Below the pieces are notes generated by a model. The model saw only the letters and a program-made list of their open reading frames with translations. It did not search any database and was not told the origin of the DNA. Positions 19,228-25,962 of a stretch of DNA of 34,271 nt are shown here, in pieces. The stretch spans positions 1 to 34,271 of the forward strand of contig CAWKAR010000015.1 of NCBI GenBank assembly GCA_963847625.1, in the 5' to 3' direction. Made by a program: the position numbers and the translations under genes. The DNA comes from a candidate division FCPU426 bacterium (GTDB taxonomy: Bacteria; Oederibacteriota; Muellerivitia; Muellerivitales; Muellerivitaceae). Each line of letters opens with the position of its first letter. Within the stretch, counting starts at the first letter, position 1.

Positions 19228-22200
19228 ACCTGCCCAAACTCTCTATCGAAAGGCCTGTATTCGTATCGAGCATCCTGGTCCTTATCCTGATCCTGGGATT
19301 GGTCTCTTACCGGAAGCTGGGTGTGGAACAGTTCCCGGATATCAATTACCCTGTCATCTCCGTGACCACAACGTACAGGGGGGTAGGGCCGGAGGAGATA
19401 GAGGATCTAGTGACCAAGCCCCTGGAGGAGGAACTCTCAGGGCTGGCTGGAATCAAAAAAATCACCTCCAACAGTGTCGAGGGAACTTCCCAGGTGGTGG
19501 TGGAATTCACCCTGGAGACCGATACCGACTGGGCGGAGCGGCACGTTCAGGACAAGGTTAATCAAGCTCGTTCCAAGCTTCCGACGGATGCCGACCTCCC
19601 CGTCGTCCGGAGGTTCGATCCATCCGATAGCCCGATCGCCATCCTAAGTTACCGCTCTGAGCTGCCTAATAGCCAAGCCTATGACGTGGCAGATCAATAC
19701 CTGAAGCCCAGGCTGTCCCAGGTCCCGGGAGTGGCGGTTGTTGATATTTACGGGGCCACCAAACGCGAGATCTGGGTGGAACTGGACCGTGACAAGCTCT
19801 ATGCCCACCGGTTGACGCTTGGCCAGGTCGCGTCAAAGATCGGCAACAACGGATCCAATACCGCCGTCGGAAAGGTCCATTTGGGGCCGCAGGACTTGAT
19901 TTTTAGGGTGCTTGGGGAATACCGGGACATGGACCGGCTCCGGCAGACGGTGGTGAATTTCAACGGGTCCGACGTGGCGGTTCCCTTGAGTAGCTTGGGG
20001 AACGTCCGGGACACGGTTCAGGACCCGACGAGCCGGGTCTTCGACAACGGCCAACCCTCCGTCTTCCTCCAAGTTTATCGGCAGACCAAGGCCAACGTCG
20101 TCCAGACGGTGGATGGCATCGAGCGGGTGCTTCCGAAGATCAACCAGGAACTCCAGGCGCATGACCCGGGTGCGAGCGTGGCCTTGGTTTATAATACGGC
20201 CCGCAGCACCAAGGAAACCTTAGCAGACGCCAAGGGAACGATCCTGCTAGCCATCGTCCTGACGGTTCTCGTGGTCTACCTGTTCCTGGGAAGTTTCCGC
20301 TCGACCATCATCACCATAACCGCCCTCCCCGTGTCGCTCTCCGGGGCCTTCATCCTCATGAAATTGATGGGATTCACCCTGAACGTCATCAGCCTCCTCG
20401 CCCTTTCCATGGCGGTGGGGCTTCTGGTCGATGACGCCATCGTGGTCCGCGAGAACATTTGGCGCCGGGTGGAGGAAGGCGAAGAACCGGTTCAGGCGGC
20501 CGAAAAAGGGACTTTGCAGGTGGCGATGGCCGTGGTGGCGACCACCAGCGTGGTCATTGCGGTATTCCTGCCCATCGGATTTCTTTCCGGGTTCTCGGGC
20601 GAGATATTCCGCCAGCTTGGTTTGACAGTCTGTTTCGCGATGGCCGTATCGCTTTTCGAGTCCATGACGATGGGACCCATGCTCTCAGCCTATTGGGTCA
20701 AGCGGGGGAGCGCGCATGGCCGTAAACCGGACGGGAGGAGGGGTGGGAGTGGACTGTTGGCCATTTTCGGGCGATTCCAGGACGGGCTGGTTGACCGTTA
20801 CGGACACGTGATGGACTGGTGCCTATGCCACCGATGGAAGGTAATCGGAGCGGCACTGATCGTCACCCTCCTCAGCCTTGGCCTGATGCCCTTCATCCCG
20901 ATGAACTTCATGTCTAATTCAGACACCGGCGAGTTTGAAGTGGCGCTCAAGGCAAAACCGGGTACTTCCCTGGAGGGAATGACTGACTGGGCACTGAAGG
21001 TCGAGGGGATTATCCGCAAACACCCGGAAGTGGCCTTGATCACGACCACGGTGGGTGGGGAGAATGGGTCGTCCAATACGGGACAGATGTACATCCGGTT
21101 AGTGGACCGCCAACGGCGCAAGTTAACCACCAGCGATTTCAAAGAGTTGATGCGGGCGGAACTGAAGCCATACGAGGTAACGCTCCAACCTGAGATCGGG
21201 GACGTTAATCCCGCTGGCGGGAGCGAATCGCCTTTCAATTTGGTGTTGGAAGGGCCGGATTTCGAGAAGGTCGTCGGCCTCGCCGGTCAAGTGATGGAAA
21301 CACTTAAATCGGTGAAGGGGCTGACCGACCTGCGGATGGACTACGAGGGAGGCGAGCCGGAATTCCAGGTCAAGACGGATCCGGTGCGCATGAAGTTGTT
21401 TGGGGTTTCGGCGGCCCAAGTAGGACAGGAACTGCGCGACCAGGTGGAGGGGGCGAAGCCCGCCAAGTTCCGGGAGAACGGGCTGGAATACGATATCCGG
21501 GTCCGGTTATTGGAACCCCAAAGGAATATTCAGGCCAATTTCACGCGGATCATGGTGCCGAACCAAAACGGAAACTTGGTCCGGTTGTCCGATGTGGCCT
21601 CGCCGATCACCGTGGAGGGACCCTCAAAGATCGACCGGCATAACCGCGTCCGGTCCGTCATGATCTCCGGGCAATTGGCAAAGGGAGGGGCCATCGGCAA
21701 TGTGACCGCGGATGTCAAAAAGCTACTGGCGGGCTTTACCTTTCCCTTGGGTTACCGTTATTCGTTCGAGGGGCACACCGAGGACCTCCAGGACTTAATC
21801 GGGAATATCCTGACGGCCATCGGGTTGGCCTTGGTGTTGACCTACTTAGTTTTGGCCAGCCTTTACGAGTCACCTGTGACGCCCTTCACTATCATGCTGG
21901 CGATTCCACTGGCGATGGCCGGAGCCCTGACTGCGCTTTTCTTGACCCATACCCAGTTGGACCTTTTCAGCATGATCGGCATAGTGATGCTGTTCGGGCT
22001 TGTGACGAAAAATTCCATCCTTCTGGTGGACTATACCTTGCAACTCCAGCGCAGGGGAATGCCCCGACGGGAGGCGTTGATCCAGGCGGGCCGGGTGCGC
22101 TTGAGGCCTATCCTTATGACGACCATCGCCATTATCGCCGGGATGTTGCCGGTTGCCATGGCGCTTTCTGAAACCGGAAGGTTCCGGCAATCTATGGGCG

Positions 22201-22319
22201 TGGCTGTGGTGGGAGGCATCATCAGCTCGTTATTCTTGACCTTGCTGGTAGTGCCATCGGCCTACGGCATCATCGACGACGTCCGGCTCTGGTTCCGGCG
22301 GGTCTTACGGATGGATTAA
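19224..22319 (+). CDS. RND efflux transporter permease (AcrB/AcrD/AcrF family)
   Basis: 1031 aa; SIERPVFV, EQFPDI, GLLVDDAIVVRENI, VTKNSILLVD, RLRPILMTT, GGIISS motifs. Confidence 0.96.
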   Translation: MNLPKLSIERPVFVSSILVLILILGLVSYRKLGVEQFPDINYPVISVTTTYRGVGPEEIEDLVTKPLEEELSGLAGIKKITSNSVEGTSQVVVEFTLETDTDWAERHVQDKVNQARSKLPTDADLPVVRRFDPSDSPIAILSYRSELPNSQAYDVADQYLKPRLSQVPGVAVVDIYGATKREIWVELDRDKLYAHRLTLGQVASKIGNNGSNTAVGKVHLGPQDLIFRVLGEYRDMDRLRQTVVNFNGSDVAVPLSSLGNVRDTVQDPTSRVFDNGQPSVFLQVYRQTKANVVQTVDGIERVLPKINQELQAHDPGASVALVYNTARSTKETLADAKGTILLAIVLTVLVVYLFLGSFRSTIITITALPVSLSGAFILMKLMGFTLNVISLLALSMAVGLLVDDAIVVRENIWRRVEEGEEPVQAAEKGTLQVAMAVVATTSVVIAVFLPIGFLSGFSGEIFRQLGLTVCFAMAVSLFESMTMGPMLSAYWVKRGSAHGRKPDGRRGGSGLLAIFGRFQDGLVDRYGHVMDWCLCHRWKVIGAALIVTLLSLGLMPFIPMNFMSNSDTGEFEVALKAKPGTSLEGMTDWALKVEGIIRKHPEVALITTTVGGENGSSNTGQMYIRLVDRQRRKLTTSDFKELMRAELKPYEVTLQPEIGDVNPAGGSESPFNLVLEGPDFEKVVGLAGQVMETLKSVKGLTDLRMDYEGGEPEFQVKTDPVRMKLFGVSAAQVGQELRDQVEGAKPAKFRENGLEYDIRVRLLEPQRNIQANFTRIMVPNQNGNLVRLSDVASPITVEGPSKIDRHNRVRSVMISGQLAKGGAIGNVTADVKKLLAGFTFPLGYRYSFEGHTEDLQDLIGNILTAIGLALVLTYLVLASLYESPVTPFTIMLAIPLAMAGALTALFLTHTQLDLFSMIGIVMLFGLVTKNSILLVDYTLQLQRRGMPRREALIQAGRVRLRPILMTTIAIIAGMLPVAMALSETGRFRQSMGVAVVGGIISSLFLTLLVVPSAYGIIDDVRLWFRRVLRMD

Positions 22320-22393
22320 GGCAATATATATCCCGGACTGAAGACCACTTTGGATTATAAAATCTCAGTATTATTTGATTGTTCTTGTTAGGG

Positions 22394-22497
22394 GAGTGCA
22401 ACCGTGATCAGGTTGCACTCGTCTCTCTAAGCGATTCTTTTTCCTGCACTTTTTGTATTTTTTTTTAAAAAACTTCTTGTGGCAAAGCCGTGGCAAA
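22394..22497. repeat. Recombination-site-like unit: perfect GAGTGCAACC-N7-GGTTGCACTC core plus inverted copy of the TTTGCCAC repeat
   Basis: GAGTGCAACC gtgatca GGTTGCACTC at 22394-22420. TTGTGGCAAAGCCGTGGCAAA (22477-22497) is the exact reverse complement of 16640-16660. Confidence 0.8.
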
Positions 22498-22536
22498 TAA
22501 ATTTTAAAAATATTCTTCCGCTTTTTTCCGCTTTAA

Positions 22537-22565
22537 TTGCCCCTTCCAAAAATCCATCCTAGAAT
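22537..22565 (+). promoter_or_regulatory. Putative sigma70 promoter of the coupling-protein operon
   Basis: TTGCCC (22537-22542), 17 bp, TAGAAT (22560-22565); ATG at 22575 with no SD sequence. Confidence 0.5.
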
Positions 22566-22574
22566 TACCGCACC

Positions 22575-24440
22575 ATGTCCTTTTTCAAAACCGTCGAGAA
22601 GCACACGCCAACTGTATTGGTCGGATTTGCCGTCTATTCTGGCGTTAAATTCATCCTGGAAGTCCTGGGAGTCCTATCCCCATCGGTTACCCCCTTTGAC
22701 ACTCTTTCGGCTCTTTCTGTCGGTTTCCTCTTCATGTTTGAGAAGCATGTCCACATGGATCACCTTCTGGCTTTTGCCCCGGCAGTCATCGCCCTGGCTT
22801 TTTTTCATGACTTTTTCGGGGTGTTCCTGGGGAACGAAGGGTTCACTGGGGACGTGGTGATGGGGCTTTCCATCCTGATTGGCTTCTGCATTTATTTCAT
22901 CCATTTTTACATGAGGCACACCACGGAACACCAGGGCGAGTCGCCCCGGCACGAAGGGGGTAAGAATTCCCTGTACCTGGACGCAGAAAACAAATATTTC
23001 ATTCCAGATGAACTCCTCAAATACCACACGGAAGTGATCGGATCTTCAGGAATGGGGAAGACCAACATCTTCAACCACTTGATCGAGCAGGGGATCAGGA
23101 ACGGCCTGGGAATGTTCGTTTTCGACGCCAAATCCAATTACAACAAGCACATCCCCTATTACGCCCAAAAATATGGACGTCTCCACGATTTAAAGTATTT
23201 CGATTTGGCTGACATAAAACGAAGCCAGACCTACAACCCCGACTTCAAGGACAAGCCGGACGAAGTTTTTAACGGCCTAATGAAGTCGATTTTTTATGGG
23301 CCTGTGACCCAGGAATTTTATCGGGACCAGGCCAGCGATGTATTGAGTAACCTGACCAATCTACTTTTCATGGAGTTCAAGCACGTTACCCGGATGGATT
23401 ACCAGAACCTGATATCCAACGAGATCAGGTCTTTTGACACAATCAAAGTATTGGCTAAGAAACATGAGGACACCGTCTCGGGAAAATACTTTTTGGAGAA
23501 GTGGGTCAATATGTCGGAGAAGGACCGGGAATTGAACCTTTCGGGCCTGACTAGCAAACTTGCTCGGTTCACAAATAGGGAATGGTCACCTCTTATCAAT
23601 ACCCTGAACCCAGATATCAAGATGAAGGACGTGGTTGAGAAACAACAGATATTCCTATTTGGGACCTCTTCCCTGGTGAACCAGGAAGACTCTAAACCGG
23701 TCATTATTTCGGCCCTAATAGACCTGGCGGGGGTAATAGGGAGGCGGCTAATTGAGAAGCCGGAAAGACCCTTTTTCGTGTTTTTGGACGAGTTCTATAC
23801 CGCTGCATATCCCGGCCTAAACGACCTTATTTCCCTTGGTCGGGAAGCCAATGTTTGCTTCTTCCTGGCCCATCACAGTCTGGGCCAACTGGGGGCAGTC
23901 AGCCAGGAATTCAAGGACGATATCCTTACCAACACTAATCACAAGATCGTGATGAACATCACCGAAAAAGACACAGTGGATTTTTTTGCCGCCATATTCG
24001 GAACCAAAGTCACCATGAAGGACGTTTTATCTTATGACACGCGAGTACCCCAACCCAGGGGGAAGACCGTGAAACCGGATGAGGAATTCATCATCCATCC
24101 CAATTATTTAAGGGGAATGAAACGTGGGGAAGCGGTATGCAGAATCGTCTATGTCTCAGGGCCGAAAGTTTTCAAGATGAAGCTTAAGGAAGTCAAACCT
24201 CCACCCCGAGAATTTGATTATGTGGGCTGTGTTCCTATAAGGGATAACCACAAAAAATCAAATCAATACAACAAAATCGATTTACCAAAAGTCGAGACAC
24301 CCTCGAAAACGATCCCTAAAAATGTTGAAGCAAAAAAACCGCCCAAAGAAATCCAGAAAGAAGAACCTAAAACTGACGCGGAATTATTATCCAAGGGGGA
24401 GGTTTATTCTAAAAAACTAGGGAAAGGAGAAGTTCATTGA
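22575..24440 (+). CDS. Type IV coupling protein (VirD4/TraD/TrwB-like ATPase) with N-terminal transmembrane helices
   Basis: Hydrophobic N-terminus; HTEVIGSSGMGKT (Walker A), FVFDAK, YNP, FVFLDEF (Walker B), GREANV..HHSLGQL, IHPNYLRGMKRGEA. Confidence 0.85.
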   Translation: MSFFKTVEKHTPTVLVGFAVYSGVKFILEVLGVLSPSVTPFDTLSALSVGFLFMFEKHVHMDHLLAFAPAVIALAFFHDFFGVFLGNEGFTGDVVMGLSILIGFCIYFIHFYMRHTTEHQGESPRHEGGKNSLYLDAENKYFIPDELLKYHTEVIGSSGMGKTNIFNHLIEQGIRNGLGMFVFDAKSNYNKHIPYYAQKYGRLHDLKYFDLADIKRSQTYNPDFKDKPDEVFNGLMKSIFYGPVTQEFYRDQASDVLSNLTNLLFMEFKHVTRMDYQNLISNEIRSFDTIKVLAKKHEDTVSGKYFLEKWVNMSEKDRELNLSGLTSKLARFTNREWSPLINTLNPDIKMKDVVEKQQIFLFGTSSLVNQEDSKPVIISALIDLAGVIGRRLIEKPERPFFVFLDEFYTAAYPGLNDLISLGREANVCFFLAHHSLGQLGAVSQEFKDDILTNTNHKIVMNITEKDTVDFFAAIFGTKVTMKDVLSYDTRVPQPRGKTVKPDEEFIIHPNYLRGMKRGEAVCRIVYVSGPKVFKMKLKEVKPPPREFDYVGCVPIRDNHKKSNQYNKIDLPKVETPSKTIPKNVEAKKPPKEIQKEEPKTDAELLSKGEVYSKKLGKGEVH

Positions 24441-25246
24441 GGGGCCTGAAAGAAATGACTGGAATTGAAATTGAACACCTGGCATGGATTCATTCCAATA
24501 AATTTACAACTCCAGAATTGTTTCATCTGAAGTTCCTTCCTAATCAGAGTTCCAGGAACGCCTACAAAATCCTAAAAAAATACACCAGCTTGGAAAGAGA
24601 CCTTTTACACGTTTTTAAGACACCAGTGGGAAACAGTAACCTTTTTTTCTTAACTGCGGGGGCTTTAAGAACGTTGGATGAAAATAACAAAATTTTAGTG
24701 AGATCCAACAAGTATCCAATCAAGATCAACACTCATGAAAAAGAGCACGACCTAATGGTTCAGACAGTCCGAATAACATTCGAATCTTTGGATGAACTTA
24801 GGGATATTTTTTGGGTTTCAGATTTTGAGATGCGGTCAGGAATTACACCTTCAATTAAGGCGGAATACCTGGAAGGGAAGCTGAATAAGGAAAGATGGCG
24901 CTCTAATGGGGCCAATCCAAATCCAAAAGGAAGAAGAACACCTGATGGATATTTTGAGGCAGACATTGAAGGTCGAAGAGTCTCTTTTACACTTGAACTT
25001 GAGAACCATCATTACAACGACACTATTCTTCAAAGAATGATCGATAATTTAAAGAATGGCTTTCCTCGTGCCCTCAAACTAATCGTTTCCGCCACTCCTG
25101 GAAATGCGGTCCGGATGATCCGTTCCCTTCAAACTAGGATTAAACCCGACGAACAGCAACAATGGTTCGTTTCCGATTTTGAGAGGGTAACCACCAAACC
25201 GTTTAAAAAATGCTGGCACCAATTGAATAAACCATTGGCGGATTAG
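24437..25246 (+). CDS. Replication-relaxation (Replic_Relax)-like protein: winged helix + PD-(D/E)XK-like domain
   Basis: Overlaps the coupling-protein stop; wHTH-like N-terminus (..FFLTAGAL), EHDL, RTPDGYF, LELE motifs typical of this family. Confidence 0.7.
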   Translation: MRGLKEMTGIEIEHLAWIHSNKFTTPELFHLKFLPNQSSRNAYKILKKYTSLERDLLHVFKTPVGNSNLFFLTAGALRTLDENNKILVRSNKYPIKINTHEKEHDLMVQTVRITFESLDELRDIFWVSDFEMRSGITPSIKAEYLEGKLNKERWRSNGANPNPKGRRTPDGYFEADIEGRRVSFTLELENHHYNDTILQRMIDNLKNGFPRALKLIVSATPGNAVRMIRSLQTRIKPDEQQQWFVSDFERVTTKPFKKCWHQLNKPLAD

Positions 25247-25268
25247 TCGAAATATCGAAAAACGGCCC

Positions 25269-25309
25269 TTGAAATAGTGTCAACCATAGGCGACAATGAA
25301 AAGGAGAGG
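25269..25309 (+). promoter_or_regulatory. Toxin-antitoxin promoter with overlapping imperfect palindromic operator
   Basis: TTGAAA (25269-25274), 17 bp, GACAAT (25292-25297); TGTCAACCATAGGCGACA at 25278-25295; AAGGAGAGG RBS at 25301-25309. Confidence 0.6.
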
Positions 25310-25312
25310 TAA

Positions 25313-25663
25313 TTGGAAACAACACCTTTTGAATTAAAGGATTATGAAACACCGGATGGGCGGTGTCCTTACCAGGAATGGTATTCGGAGTTAATTAAAA
25401 AAGACCTAAGGTCTGCAACCGCTTTAGAAAATAGGGTTAGGCGGTTAGAAAATGGCTTGCTTGGGGATTATGACGACGTTCAGGACGGTATCCTTGAACT
25501 CAGAATTCATGTAGGCCAAGGTTTTCGCATATATGTCCGTAGGATTGGTAGAACCATGATGCTTTTGCTTTCCGGCGGGGAAAAGAAAACCCAGGACCAA
25601 GATGTTAAAAAAGCCAAGGAATATTGGAACGAATTTAAAAGTAGAAATAAAGGAGTAAAGTAA
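25313..25663 (+). CDS. Type II TA toxin, RelE/ParE superfamily (addiction module killer protein type)
   Basis: YETPDGRCPYQEW..RVRRLENGLLGD..GILELRIHVGQGFRIY..LLLSGGEKKTQDQDVKKAKEYW; TTG start with strong RBS. Confidence 0.9.
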   Translation: METTPFELKDYETPDGRCPYQEWYSELIKKDLRSATALENRVRRLENGLLGDYDDVQDGILELRIHVGQGFRIYVRRIGRTMMLLLSGGEKKTQDQDVKKAKEYWNEFKSRNKGVK

Positions 25664-25962
25664 TGAAAGGCATTAGAGACCATAAATCAGCGATCATTGA
25701 ACATTTAAAAACCAATGAGAACTTCCGAAAAGCTTACCTAAATGAAGCCCTTAACGAGGATGAACCTGCGGTTGTTCTTTCTATGCTTCGCGACATCGTA
25801 GATGCGACTAGGGGGTTCACAAAACTTGCAAAAGAAACAGGCTTGGCTAGGCAAAGTCTTTATAAAGTCTTGTCTGAAAAAGGGAATCCTGAATTTGGAA
25901 GTGTTTGGAAGATCGTCCGCATATTGCGGAAAAAGAATCAAGCTTTGGTGAATGCTCGGTAA
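25663..25962 (+). CDS. Type II TA antitoxin (HTH, addiction module antidote type)
   Basis: AYLNEAL..LRDIVDATRGFTKLAKETGLARQSLYKVLSEKGNPEF; TAATG overlap with the toxin (toxin-first order). Confidence 0.9.
   Translation: MKGIRDHKSAIIEHLKTNENFRKAYLNEALNEDEPAVVLSMLRDIVDATRGFTKLAKETGLARQSLYKVLSEKGNPEFGSVWKIVRILRKKNQALVNAR

Larger units (their letters stand above)
16697..22403. mobile_element. Putative non-autonomous 5.7-kb cassette (TetR-TolC-RND) bounded by perfect 10-bp inverted ends
   Basis: Begins GGTTGCACTC (16697-16706) and ends GAGTGCAACC (22394-22403); each end is one half of an N7-spaced core site. No recombinase gene inside. Confidence 0.55.

Noticed and set aside
25415..25430. TGCAACC within the toxin gene as the right end of the mobilisable unit
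   Set aside because: No GGTTG arm 7 bp downstream, no TGCCAC repeats nearby, and it lies in an intact CDS.
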